A stretch of DNA of 64,000 nt from an uncultured virus (IMG/VR IMGVR_UViG_3300029319_006492) (IMGVR_UViG_3300029319_006492); one strand, 5' to 3'; positions 18,600 to 28,357 are shown, counted from the first letter of the stretch. Numbers and translations: made by a program. The notes: generated by a model not told the origin, from the sequence alone.

Positions 18600-19671
18600 G
18601 CCTTGGATAGACCATCTAGAACTAAACCATTTAAAAAAAGTAATAGATAGCACTTATGTCACAGAACATAATATGACTAAAGAATTTGAGGATCTGATAA
18701 CGGATCTTACAAATTCAGCGTATGCTATATCAGTTACAAATGGCACGATGGCTTTGTTCTGCTGCCTAAAAGCTCTTGGTATAGGCGAGGGCGACGAAGT
18801 TATAGTACCGAATATAACATTTGTTGCCTCGTCAAATGCTGTTATTATGGCTGGAGCAACACCGGTATTCTGCGAAGTTAATGATAAAAACTTCTGCATG
18901 GACGTGAATGACGCACAAAGAGTTGTAACCAAAAAAACTAAAGCTGTCATGCCGGTTCATCTGTATGGACAGAGCTGTGATATGGATAGTATACTAGATT
19001 TTGCGCTTAGTAATAATCTATTTGTTGTGGAAGACGCTGCTCAAGGCGTAGGGGTAAGATACGATAGAAAACACACCGGGACATTCGGTCATCTAGGCGT
19101 GTTATCATTCTATGGCAACAAGACAATTACCTGCGGTGAAGGCGGAATAGTTCTAACGGAATCGAAACAACTCAGAGACAAAGTTTACCAACTTAAAAAT
19201 CACGGTAGGCTTGAAAAGGGTAAATTTGTACATGAAAGCATAGGCTACAATTTTAGTTTTACAGAAATGCAAGCAGCGGTTGGTGTATCACAGCTAAAGA
19301 AGCTGTCTGCCATAAAGGATAAAAAGAAAAGAATATACAATCGCTACATGGAAGGTCTTTCTTCTATAAGCTCGGATTTAAAACCTGTATGGGTTGATAA
19401 AACGTGTGACCCAGTTTGGTGGTTTACATCTTTTCTGTCTGAGAGGCGTGAGCAATTAGAGCAATTTTTACTAGGATTCGGTATACAAACCAGAAAGTTT
19501 TTCTGCCCCTTACATCTACAGCCATGTTATCAAGACATGGAATTTGATAGATCCAAATTTGAGGTCAGTGAAGCTGCTTATCGTCAGGGAATATCGCTTC
19601 CATCAGCGTACAACTTAACTTTAGAAGAACAAGAATTTATCATAGAGAAAATATTGGAATTTCATAAATGA
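18574..19671 (+). CDS. DegT/DnrJ/EryC1/StrS PLP aminotransferase (perosamine synthase-like)
   Basis: NGTMAL, PVHLYG, EDAAQ, SFYGNKTITCGEGG (catalytic Lys), LPSA. Confidence 0.88.
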   Translation: MRDFIPQIEPWIDHLELNHLKKVIDSTYVTEHNMTKEFEDLITDLTNSAYAISVTNGTMALFCCLKALGIGEGDEVIVPNITFVASSNAVIMAGATPVFCEVNDKNFCMDVNDAQRVVTKKTKAVMPVHLYGQSCDMDSILDFALSNNLFVVEDAAQGVGVRYDRKHTGTFGHLGVLSFYGNKTITCGEGGIVLTESKQLRDKVYQLKNHGRLEKGKFVHESIGYNFSFTEMQAAVGVSQLKKLSAIKDKKKRIYNRYMEGLSSISSDLKPVWVDKTCDPVWWFTSFLSERREQLEQFLLGFGIQTRKFFCPLHLQPCYQDMEFDRSKFEVSEAAYRQGISLPSAYNLTLEEQEFIIEKILEFHK

Positions 19672-20825
19672 TACCATTGGTTAAAAACACAATATCTAAT
19701 TTTGAGATAGACCTACTTTCAGACTGGCTAGATGCATATCCTAGATTAACAAAAGGAGATGTAACACTAGAATTTGAATCGCTTTGGGCAGAGAAGATTG
19801 GTTGTGAATACGCAGTTTTTGTCAATTCTGGCTCTTCTGCGAACCTGTTGATGTTATACTCTTTATTAGAGTCTGGGCAAATAAGTAGAGGTGACGCAGT
19901 AGTTGTACCCGCTGTATCTTGGGCAACAGACCTAGCACCAGTATGCCAGTTGGGGCTAACACCGGTTTTGTGCGACTGTAATTTACAAGACTTGTCAGTA
20001 GACCTTAACCACCTAGAGACAATCTTGACTGGCAAATTGCCACCAAAGGCGCTTATGCTTGTATCGGTTCTTGGTCTAGTCCCAGAAATGGACAAAATAG
20101 TGGAACTGTGCGACAGAACTGGAACAATTCTTTTAGAGGATACCTGTGAATCAGTAGGCTCAACTTTCAACAAGCAGAGCCTCGGAACTTTTGGGGTGAT
20201 GTCATCGTTCTCCACATATTTCGGACACCACTTTTCGACTATAGAAGGCGGAGTTGTATGCACGAATGATAGAGAGAAGTACAATCTTCTTAAATGCCTC
20301 CGCAGTCACGGGTGGGATAGGGACACAGACCCGGAGTATCGCAAGAAGTTAAGAAAAGATTACTTAGTAGCAGATGACTTCGACTCTCTATACAAATTCT
20401 ACATGATGGGATTTAACTTTAGATCAACAGATTTAAATGCTTTTATTGGAGTAAATCAATTAGACAACTACTACAAGGTAATAAAGAAAAGAAACGACAA
20501 CTATAATCTATATTACGACTTAATAACCTGTGCAGACTGGAAGCCACATAAATCATCTGCGCAAAGATTTGTTTCTAACTTTGCTTATCCGATGATATCT
20601 AGGAACAGAAATAAGATAGTTGATAATCTCAACAAAAATGACGTAGAGACTAGGCCATTGATATGCGGATCTCTTGGGCGACAGCCGTTTTGGATCAAAA
20701 ACTATGGTGTACAACACCTTCACAATGCAGATATAGTCAATGATTGTGGTTTTTATCTACCTAACAACCCAGATATGACCGAAGAAGAAATTAGGTTCAT
20801 CGCATCACTAGTAGAGGAAGCGTAA
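19668..20825 (+). CDS. colD: GDP-4-keto-6-deoxymannose 3-dehydratase (ColD-like)
   Basis: NSGSSANL, EDTCES, SFSTYFGHHFSTIEGG (His replaces the PLP Lys, as in ColD/E1 dehydrases), RSHGWDR. Confidence 0.75.
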   Translation: MIPLVKNTISNFEIDLLSDWLDAYPRLTKGDVTLEFESLWAEKIGCEYAVFVNSGSSANLLMLYSLLESGQISRGDAVVVPAVSWATDLAPVCQLGLTPVLCDCNLQDLSVDLNHLETILTGKLPPKALMLVSVLGLVPEMDKIVELCDRTGTILLEDTCESVGSTFNKQSLGTFGVMSSFSTYFGHHFSTIEGGVVCTNDREKYNLLKCLRSHGWDRDTDPEYRKKLRKDYLVADDFDSLYKFYMMGFNFRSTDLNAFIGVNQLDNYYKVIKKRNDNYNLYYDLITCADWKPHKSSAQRFVSNFAYPMISRNRNKIVDNLNKNDVETRPLICGSLGRQPFWIKNYGVQHLHNADIVNDCGFYLPNNPDMTEEEIRFIASLVEEA

Positions 20826-21277
20826 TGTCAAAGGGTGGCTGGAGCATATCTCAGGATTTGATTACAAGCATAGAAGAGTTTGTACCCAAGCATAGCAACA
20901 TACTAGAATTTGGTAGCGGAGAAGGAACAAAATCCCTAGTGGGCTTAGGGTACAACATGTTTTCCGTGGAAGAAAACGCCAAATTCGCAGGTCTTTTCCA
21001 CAACCAATACTGTCACGCAGAAATAAAAGATGGATGGTATGACATGGAAAAAGTTAAGTCGTTTTTGCAAGGTAAATCTTTTCACGCTGTGCTTATAGAT
21101 GGGCCAGCTCATGGAGAAAGATTGAAAATTCTTGATTTAGGGCTTGACTTTAGCGATTTCAAGGTTATAATTGTAGATGATATAGAAAGAAAAGAAGATG
21201 CCGAACTATTCTCTATATTATCTAAAGACAAGCAATTCAAACAAACTTCAACCTACGGGATAATATTTAATGATTAA
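20825..21277 (+). CDS. Small class I SAM-dependent methyltransferase-like protein
   Basis: ILEFGSGEGT, SVEE, LIDGP, IIVDD. Confidence 0.7.
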   Translation: MSKGGWSISQDLITSIEEFVPKHSNILEFGSGEGTKSLVGLGYNMFSVEENAKFAGLFHNQYCHAEIKDGWYDMEKVKSFLQGKSFHAVLIDGPAHGERLKILDLGLDFSDFKVIIVDDIERKEDAELFSILSKDKQFKQTSTYGIIFND

Positions 21278-22184
21278 TCTTACCTATGAGGACAATGCTT
21301 CTCTCTATTTTGACTATCGGCTCGGCCTAGAGCTTTTGAGAAATGTCAGAGATGAAGATTATAACTATCCAGATGAAATAGTTAATTTTCATATTTACAC
21401 AGAAGTCAAGAATAACAAGGAACTTGAGTGTGTTAAATCATTCTTAGCCACGCAAAACCTAGAGAAAACCAGACTTGTGATTTGGTCTGACTATGAGATT
21501 TATGATAACCCACTGCTACAGCCTTATAAACACCTTATCACATTTAAAGTATACAATGCTAGAGAAGAAGCCGTAGGTACGCCTATGGAGCATGAACACA
21601 CAATGCTAGACGCTTCTGACAGCAAATACTATCTTAAGTCAGACCTTTTTAGGTTAATGATACTACACAAATACGGCGGCGTGTGGGCCGACATGGATAT
21701 TGTCTTTTTAAGAGACTTCAAGCCGATTTTAGATCAAGAGTACATGTACCAGTGGGGTGGAGATACAGACTTTGCTCACCTTGGTGCTTGCGCCACAGTA
21801 TTAGCAATGCACAAGCAGAGTGAGTTTTCATACAAGATGTTAGACGTTGTAAAAACTATGCCAGCATTAGGAGATACAACGGTCTGGGGTAAAGATACAT
21901 TTGCCAAGCTTTGGAGAGAATGGCCGCATTTCACCATTTTCCCATCGACATTTTTTAACACAGAGTGGTTGATTAGCAAAGTTGATAGGATACTGAGTGA
22001 AGATGTGGAAAACGACTGGTTCTACAATAAAAAGAACACGGCAAAAGACCATTTGTTTTTAGAAGCTTTTACTTGGCACTGGCACAATTCATCTAAAAAA
22101 ACTTTCCCAATTGAAGAAGGATCTAAATTTGATCTTCTTAGAAAAAGAACAGACGCGCTACTCTACAAGAAGGGTATATTGTGA
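21270..22184 (+). CDS. GT32 (DXD sugar-binding; Och1/Gb3-synthase-like) glycosyltransferase
   Basis: SDLFRLMILHKYGGVWADMD, WG, HWHN. Confidence 0.82.
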   Translation: MINLTYEDNASLYFDYRLGLELLRNVRDEDYNYPDEIVNFHIYTEVKNNKELECVKSFLATQNLEKTRLVIWSDYEIYDNPLLQPYKHLITFKVYNAREEAVGTPMEHEHTMLDASDSKYYLKSDLFRLMILHKYGGVWADMDIVFLRDFKPILDQEYMYQWGGDTDFAHLGACATVLAMHKQSEFSYKMLDVVKTMPALGDTTVWGKDTFAKLWREWPHFTIFPSTFFNTEWLISKVDRILSEDVENDWFYNKKNTAKDHLFLEAFTWHWHNSSKKTFPIEEGSKFDLLRKRTDALLYKKGIL

Positions 22185-22927
22185 AAACTTCAGTAGTAAT
22201 TCCTGCAACTAACGGCAACTTTGGCTATCTGAATTGCATACTGAGGCACTACGAAGATGGGGTAGAAAAACCAGACGAAGTAGTGATCTCGATATCAAAC
22301 TCTCATAAAATCAAATCTCAACTCATTGACGATTTAGAAAACAAATTTAGTAGATCTTTTGAAGTAAAGATGTTGAGGCATGAGAGGCAGATGATTCAAG
22401 GGCCGAATAGGGATGCTGTAAGTCGGGCCGCTACTGGTGATGTCATAATTTCAAATGATGCAGATGACATACCTCACCCACAAAGAGTCAAAATAATAAA
22501 AGAGCTTTTTGCAACTCACGACATCATGATGTTAAATCATGGATATCAAACACACACTTCATTTGCGAATATTAATGATCTAAATATTATATTGCCGACA
22601 GAAGTTTTTAATCACCACTTTCCCGATTGCGATCCGAACTTAGAAGAGAGGCCAAATCCCCACGATCTTGGTTTTCACGCGCCTTATGGTGGGGCGTTGC
22701 GTTGGGATATTCATGCTGGAAATGTGACTTTCTCCAAAGAAGTTTTTGACACTATGTCTTGGAGGCATACGGAGGATATAGCTTGGGATTATGATTTCTG
22801 TATGGACGTACTGTATAAATTTAAAAAGTCCATGATAATAAACGCACCTTTATTATGGTACAATATGCTAGATACAAGAAGAAGTGACGCTAACCCTGAA
22901 GACTTGGGCGAACTTTATAAGGAATAA
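22181..22927 (+). CDS. GT2-family glycosyltransferase
   Basis: SVVIPA, PDEVVI, NR...ATGDVI..NDADD..HPQR. GTG start. Confidence 0.8.
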   Translation: MKTSVVIPATNGNFGYLNCILRHYEDGVEKPDEVVISISNSHKIKSQLIDDLENKFSRSFEVKMLRHERQMIQGPNRDAVSRAATGDVIISNDADDIPHPQRVKIIKELFATHDIMMLNHGYQTHTSFANINDLNIILPTEVFNHHFPDCDPNLEERPNPHDLGFHAPYGGALRWDIHAGNVTFSKEVFDTMSWRHTEDIAWDYDFCMDVLYKFKKSMIINAPLLWYNMLDTRRSDANPEDLGELYKE

Positions 22928-22929
22928 AG

Positions 22930-24318
22930 ATGAAAGATACATATCAACTAAAAGCTATCAACGTCAAAGATCTAGATGTTTTAGAGACAAAAGAATCTGA
23001 TAAGAATACCGTGTCTATCTGTAAGCATAAAAAGACGGGCAAAATAATTATTCACAGACACGCTAGTCGTGGCAAGATAAATAACTTTATTGAAAACTAT
23101 GAGTTTATTGATAAAGACTACAATAGCACTTTGCGCCCTTTAGACATGGACAAGGCTAGGGAAATCATGAAGCGGCTGGAGGATGGAACGCCATACTCAA
23201 GCATCTACATCTTTTACGAGGATGCCTCTATGGTGTCGGATGAGAAGATGCCAGAAAAGTCTGATCAAGAGCATAAATATACATCTACCGGCATCAAGTT
23301 TTGGCGACATCAAGAACAAATGATGAGCTATAAAAATGGAGACGGTAGATCTGTAGTGTCAACACATATCTCGCCAGAAGGAGCCTGCAATCTAAAATGT
23401 CCATACTGCTCAGTTACATACAGAGATACGCACTCTAGGATTGACCTCGATGTTATTAAGGATTACGTGACAAAGCTAAAGTCGAGAGGCTTGAAGGCAG
23501 TTATCTTAACAGGTGGCGGAGAGCCAACGTCATATAAGCACTTTAATGAGTTGGTACAGTGGTTGAAATATGACCAAGAATTGTCTGTTGCGCTGATCAC
23601 TAACGGCACACTAGCAAAACGGGTAGAGCCTAAGACTTGGGCAGCATTTTCTTGGGTGAGAGTAAGTATTAATCTGTTTCACGACTGGGAAAACAGGATT
23701 GGTGACAACTTTGAAACGCAGCACCTTGACCCAGAATGTATTGTTGGCTGCTCTATGGTATACACTGTTGAGCATGAATCTACCAATGAGATAATGACAG
23801 ATAGAATCAAGATGTTTGAAAAGGTCAGCAAGATTGCTGATAGACTTGGAGCTAAGTATATAAGGCTTCTACCAAATTGTCTATTAGAACAAAAGCATTT
23901 ACTGGCACAGCACAAGTCACTTGACAACACGTTAGCACAACTTGAAGACGACAGATTTTTCCATCAATACAAAATACATGGCGCACCAAATAGTAGTGTT
24001 TGCCATCAAGCTTACTTCAGGCCCTATCTTAGCGAAGAACCGCATCACGAAACCGGAAAGCCCGGAACAGTTTACCCTTGTGATAGCGTTGTTCTTAATG
24101 ATGGGTATGAACATTTTGCTAAAGAGTACCAACTCTGTTCTCCAGAAGATATTCTAGACTTTTTAGACGGAAAAATAAAAGCGCAATTTGACCCAAGAGA
24201 TAGATGCAAGGGGTGCGTATTCACAGAGAATGTAAATATGCTTGAGAAATTTAAGAACAATCAATTAGATCTATTTGATAAATTTGAGCTACCACTAATG
24301 CACGAGGAATTTGTCTAA
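22930..24318 (+). CDS. Radical SAM protein with C-terminal SPASM/twitch-like cysteines and an N-terminal extension
   Basis: CNLKCPYC, TGGGEP, ITNG, WVRVS, C...GTVYPC...CKGCVF. Confidence 0.88.
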   Translation: MKDTYQLKAINVKDLDVLETKESDKNTVSICKHKKTGKIIIHRHASRGKINNFIENYEFIDKDYNSTLRPLDMDKAREIMKRLEDGTPYSSIYIFYEDASMVSDEKMPEKSDQEHKYTSTGIKFWRHQEQMMSYKNGDGRSVVSTHISPEGACNLKCPYCSVTYRDTHSRIDLDVIKDYVTKLKSRGLKAVILTGGGEPTSYKHFNELVQWLKYDQELSVALITNGTLAKRVEPKTWAAFSWVRVSINLFHDWENRIGDNFETQHLDPECIVGCSMVYTVEHESTNEIMTDRIKMFEKVSKIADRLGAKYIRLLPNCLLEQKHLLAQHKSLDNTLAQLEDDRFFHQYKIHGAPNSSVCHQAYFRPYLSEEPHHETGKPGTVYPCDSVVLNDGYEHFAKEYQLCSPEDILDFLDGKIKAQFDPRDRCKGCVFTENVNMLEKFKNNQLDLFDKFELPLMHEEFV

Positions 24319-24938
24319 TGAATAAATATAACGAAGATTATTACGAAAGAGGTGTACAGCTTGGGATTAGTGGTTACACTAACTATAGGTGGATGCCTGA
24401 CCTAACCATACCCATGTGTAAAAGGTTGATTGAGTATCTGGATCTGCCACGAGTAGAATCCATTCTAGATTTTGGTTGCGCCAAGGGTTATATGGTCAAA
24501 GGATTTCAGGAGTTAGGTTACAGGTGTGACGGAACAGACATTAGTGAGTACGCAATCGAACAAGCTCCGGCGGAAATAAAAGATAGATTATTTCTTTACA
24601 GTAAGGAGAATTTGTTTGGCAGGTGGTATAACACTGTAATTGCAAAAGATGTGTTTGAACACATTGAACCTACAGCACTATCAGATATCCTGCTACAGTT
24701 GACAACCGTAACTGACAGAATTTTCTGTGCCGTACCGTTGGGCGATGGAGAAAAATATATCGTGCCAGAATATGAAGGTGATATAACCCATGTGATCCGT
24801 GAGCCAAAATGTTGGTGGACAGAACACTTCAGAAGATCAGGGTGGAAAACTCAATACTTCTCGTTCTTGATGGACGGAATCAAAGATAACTGGTCACACT
24901 ATCCCAAAGGAAATGGATTCTTTATTTTATCATGCTAG
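24318..24938 (+). CDS. Class I SAM-dependent methyltransferase
   Basis: ILDFGCAKG, GTDISEYA, DVFEHI. Confidence 0.85.
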   Translation: MNKYNEDYYERGVQLGISGYTNYRWMPDLTIPMCKRLIEYLDLPRVESILDFGCAKGYMVKGFQELGYRCDGTDISEYAIEQAPAEIKDRLFLYSKENLFGRWYNTVIAKDVFEHIEPTALSDILLQLTTVTDRIFCAVPLGDGEKYIVPEYEGDITHVIREPKCWWTEHFRRSGWKTQYFSFLMDGIKDNWSHYPKGNGFFILSC

Positions 24939-25771
24939 TTTTAATTATACAAGAAAACGGAAGACACGAGAAAAATAGAAACTTTAGAGAGTGCTTCTGT
25001 ACAAAGAGGGCTTTAGAGCATCATGGACACGAAGCGCACGTTTGGGGTCTTGGTCACGATAACTACGAAACAGAACCAGATTATGAGTCCTATGATCTAG
25101 TTATCAATCTAGAAAACTATGATGAAACCGGTTGGGTTCCAAATCTCAGCAAAGTACAAACAAAAAAATTCCTATGGTCTATCGACGCTCACGTAAAGGG
25201 CATACACCCTTACATTAAAACGGCAAATGAGGGTAACTATGACCTGATTTTGCAAGCGACTCCAGAATTCTGCGATAGCAACTCTGTTTGGTTTCCCAAC
25301 TGCTACGACGACGAGGTGATTAAACCTTTAGATGTGCCTAAAACACACGATGTTGGTTTCTGTGGAAACGCCGTAAATAGAGGTCAGTTGATCCAAACTC
25401 TGTCTCAAAATTTTAATTTTAAGTTTGATGAGTTTGTAATCGGTGACGATATGGTGAGGGCTATAAATTCATATAAAGTACACTGGAACGCAAATATTGG
25501 AGCCGACATAAATTACAGAAACTTTGAAACTATGGGCTGTGGTACACTTTTGGTGACAAGTCACAATCCCCACTACAAGTCACTCGGAATGGTTGATGGT
25601 GTCAACTGTTTAGTCTATACAGACATAAAACAAATGTTAGAAAAAGTGAGATTTAGCTTGGATAATGATGGGTTTAGGACTACTATATCTAATAAGGGGT
25701 TTGTCTTAGCCCAAGAACACACGTACAAGAAAAGAGTAGAACATTTACTTAATTTACTAAGGAGATTTTAA
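24932..25771 (+). CDS. CgeB-like glycosyltransferase (Glyco_trans_1_2)
   Basis: WSIDAH, DVGFCG, NYRNFETMGCG, HTYKKRV. Confidence 0.8.
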   Translation: MLVLIIQENGRHEKNRNFRECFCTKRALEHHGHEAHVWGLGHDNYETEPDYESYDLVINLENYDETGWVPNLSKVQTKKFLWSIDAHVKGIHPYIKTANEGNYDLILQATPEFCDSNSVWFPNCYDDEVIKPLDVPKTHDVGFCGNAVNRGQLIQTLSQNFNFKFDEFVIGDDMVRAINSYKVHWNANIGADINYRNFETMGCGTLLVTSHNPHYKSLGMVDGVNCLVYTDIKQMLEKVRFSLDNDGFRTTISNKGFVLAQEHTYKKRVEHLLNLLRRF

Positions 25772-26223
25772 TGCAAGATATTAAGGCATTTTTAGAACGG
25801 TACGTTGGCCAAAACGGTTCGGCTGACGTGATTGTCAATGGTGATTATGTAGATTTGGACATTGATGGGGTAAAGCACGTTAATGACCTTCCGGCAGACG
25901 TTTATATTGTCGTGGATACCGGCGTTGACGCTCAGGTAGCCGCTAGCGTAGATGCTGTGTTGGTTTCCTCAAAAGACCCTCTAAACAAAGATCCAGCACA
26001 TTTCCCAAAAGAGGTTGTATGCAGAGCAAATAGGTCACTGACAACAGTAGAGCTTTCTGATACTCTGTTTGCGTTCATTTCGCACGAAGAACCTGTTGTC
26101 AACACAACAATTCCTCCAGCTCCAGTAACTCCAGATGTGCCACTTTCTATTAGTGGTGAAGAGGTGGAGGATAGTTCGGAAGAGAGCGAAGACATTCCCC
26201 CTAGTGAAGGAATGGTGTGGTAG
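25771..26223 (+). CDS. Hypothetical acidic protein with Pro/Glu-rich tail
   Basis: TAATG coupling and AGGAG RBS. No recognisable motif. Confidence 0.6.
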   Translation: MQDIKAFLERYVGQNGSADVIVNGDYVDLDIDGVKHVNDLPADVYIVVDTGVDAQVAASVDAVLVSSKDPLNKDPAHFPKEVVCRANRSLTTVELSDTLFAFISHEEPVVNTTIPPAPVTPDVPLSISGEEVEDSSEESEDIPPSEGMVW

Positions 26224-26224
26224 A

Positions 26225-27142
26225 ATGAACGTATTGTTGACCGGCGGGACAGGATTTTTAGGACAAAATCTAACAACTTTTTTGAAAAAGAAAGGAAATA
26301 GAGTTTGCTCCGTAGGGTCTAACTTCTGGGATCTGCGTGATCAAAACGTGTGTAACCGTTTGCTAGATCAGCTATCTCCTGATGTAATTGTTCATGCAGC
26401 AGGAAGTGTTGGGGGCATAGGTGCCAATCAAGACAATCCGGGTAAGTTCATGTATGAGAACCTTATCATGGGTGCCAATATGATTGAAGCATCTAGAGTA
26501 CACTCGGTCAACAAGTTCGTTTTACTGGGTACGGTGTGTGCTTACCCCAAGCACACGCCTGTACCTTTTAAAGAAGAAGAACTCTGGAATGGATACCCAG
26601 AAGAAACAAACGCGCCATACGGGATTGCTAAAAAGTCTCTTATGAAACTTTTGGAGACTTACAAAGAACAATACGGTATGAACGCTGCCTGTTTAATTCC
26701 AGTAAATATGTACGGCCCACACGACCATTTTAATTTGACTACTAGTCATGTTATACCAGCTCTCATTCTTAAATTTTATAATGCTATGAAGGATGGGTGC
26801 GGCACAGTCATGCTATGGGGGACTGGAACTGTTTCTAGGGAATTTTTATATGCTCCGGATTGTTGTGAAGCGATTGACCTAGCAATCCAGAAGGATGTTG
26901 GTCCAGAACCAATAAACATTGGCACTGGTCAGGAAATAACCATCGCAGAACTAGCGGCGGAGATAGCAGAACAAATGGGTTTTGAGGGCGAAATAATATA
27001 CGACTCAGATAGACCTGATGGTCAACCACGTCGCTGCCTCGATGTGTCAAGAGCTAAAGAAAGGCTTGGATTTGAGGCTAAGACCGACTTACAAACCGGC
27101 TTAAAACAAACCATAGAATGGTTTCTAAAGGAGCAGAAATGA
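26225..27142 (+). CDS. fcl: GDP-L-fucose synthase / ColC-like epimerase-reductase
   Basis: TGGTGFLG, VGGIGAN, GTVCAYPK, NAPYGIAKK, PVNMYGP, SHVIPAL, WGTG...REFLY, PDGQPRR. Start placed at ATG 26225. Confidence 0.9.
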   Translation: MNVLLTGGTGFLGQNLTTFLKKKGNRVCSVGSNFWDLRDQNVCNRLLDQLSPDVIVHAAGSVGGIGANQDNPGKFMYENLIMGANMIEASRVHSVNKFVLLGTVCAYPKHTPVPFKEEELWNGYPEETNAPYGIAKKSLMKLLETYKEQYGMNAACLIPVNMYGPHDHFNLTTSHVIPALILKFYNAMKDGCGTVMLWGTGTVSREFLYAPDCCEAIDLAIQKDVGPEPINIGTGQEITIAELAAEIAEQMGFEGEIIYDSDRPDGQPRRCLDVSRAKERLGFEAKTDLQTGLKQTIEWFLKEQK

Positions 27143-27591
27143 ATTTAGGATTTTATGTACACAACACAAGTCAAAGTAATCTAAACTCAGAAATTTTTTC
27201 TGTGCTTAACGAATCAATACAAAATCACGATGTAGATGACGCAACACTATTTTACAACGAGATAGATCACAATCCAAGTTTGGACAATAAAAGTTTTGGC
27301 TTGTTTAATTCAACAGATATGTGGTCGTTTCATGGGACACTATTCATTACTTCACTACAGCTATTGCCTTTAGCTTCTAAGGTTGTTAACAAGATAAAAC
27401 TAGTATATCTTCATACAGCCGAAAGTATTAATAAAGGTGACGTAGGAAGTGTTATGGATCTAATAAATCTATCAGACAAGGTTACGAAAGTTGCTAAAAG
27501 CGAGAAAGACGCAAAGGAATACAAAAGATTAACAGGAAAAGAGATCAAGGTAATGAAGGCTTTTAATGCCAAAGAAATATTAGAGGTGTGA
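27139..27591 (+). CDS. Hypothetical protein (possible GT-B N-terminal-like domain)
   Basis: ATGA overlap and AAGGAG RBS. Alpha/beta pattern only. Confidence 0.55.
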   Translation: MNLGFYVHNTSQSNLNSEIFSVLNESIQNHDVDDATLFYNEIDHNPSLDNKSFGLFNSTDMWSFHGTLFITSLQLLPLASKVVNKIKLVYLHTAESINKGDVGSVMDLINLSDKVTKVAKSEKDAKEYKRLTGKEIKVMKAFNAKEILEV

Positions 27592-27592
27592 T

Positions 27593-28357
27593 ATGGACAA
27601 GTTTGACCAAAAAGTCATAAATATGTACAATAAGGAAAATAAAAGCACTTATGAAATAGCTAAGGTACTCAATACATACCCCAATAAGATCAGGCGTACA
27701 TTGATTAAGCATGGGCAAAAACTAAAAGACAAAAGTGAAGCTCAGAAAACAGCGCTTGCCGAAGGCAGAAGCTCCCACCCGACTATGGGTAGAAAAAGAT
27801 CCAAAGATGAAAGAGTGAAGATCAGTAGCAGTTTGGTGGATTACTGGGGCGAGATGACAGAGAAAGAGAGAAAAAGAAGGTCAAAAATAGCAAAGAAGAA
27901 CTGGAACTCTATGACCTCAGAGCAAAAGGAGACAATGAGGTCTAAGGGTATTGCTGCAATTCAATTAGCGGCAACTAACGGCTCGAAACTAGAACAGTTT
28001 GTAAAGAATTCGTTGTCCAAACATGGCTATTCGTGCGAGTCACACGTAATGATTATTCCTTCAGAAAATCTAGAAATAGACTTGTATGTTAGAGATTTAA
28101 AGACTATAATAGAAGTAGATGGCCCTTCTCATTTTCTACCTATTTGGGGTGAAGAGAAACTACAGAAGCAGATAAATGCAGACTTAAGGAAAAGCGGTAC
28201 GCTTCTAAGTAAAGGGTACGTAGTTATAAGAATAAAATCACTAGGTCAAGAGTCCCTATCTAAAAGAGAGGAGCTATTGAACTCGGTGGTTGAAAATCTT
28301 GATAGTATAAAGAATAAATTTCCACCAAGATCAAAACGTTTTATAGAGGTTGAATAA
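27593..28357 (+). CDS. HTH + NUMOD3-like + Vsr/DUF559-type endonuclease (homing-endonuclease-like)
   Basis: STYEIAKVLNTYPNKIRRTL (HTH), GRKRSKDERVKISSSL (NUMOD3-like), SKLE...EIDLY...IIEVDGPSH...GYVVIRI. Confidence 0.75.
   Translation: MDKFDQKVINMYNKENKSTYEIAKVLNTYPNKIRRTLIKHGQKLKDKSEAQKTALAEGRSSHPTMGRKRSKDERVKISSSLVDYWGEMTEKERKRRSKIAKKNWNSMTSEQKETMRSKGIAAIQLAATNGSKLEQFVKNSLSKHGYSCESHVMIIPSENLEIDLYVRDLKTIIEVDGPSHFLPIWGEEKLQKQINADLRKSGTLLSKGYVVIRIKSLGQESLSKREELLNSVVENLDSIKNKFPPRSKRFIEVE

Noticed and set aside
78..27050. Short antisense and alternate-frame ORFs in the plus-strand block (e.g. 1129-1548, 2195-2392, 19640-20284)
   Set aside because: Overlap well-supported genes or a promoter and have no independent evidence.
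7178..27591. Cellular O-antigen/capsule locus (window is bacterial chromosome)
   Set aside because: No wzx/wzy/wzm/wzt or priming transferase. The locus is contiguous with phage-type replication, homing-nuclease and tail genes.
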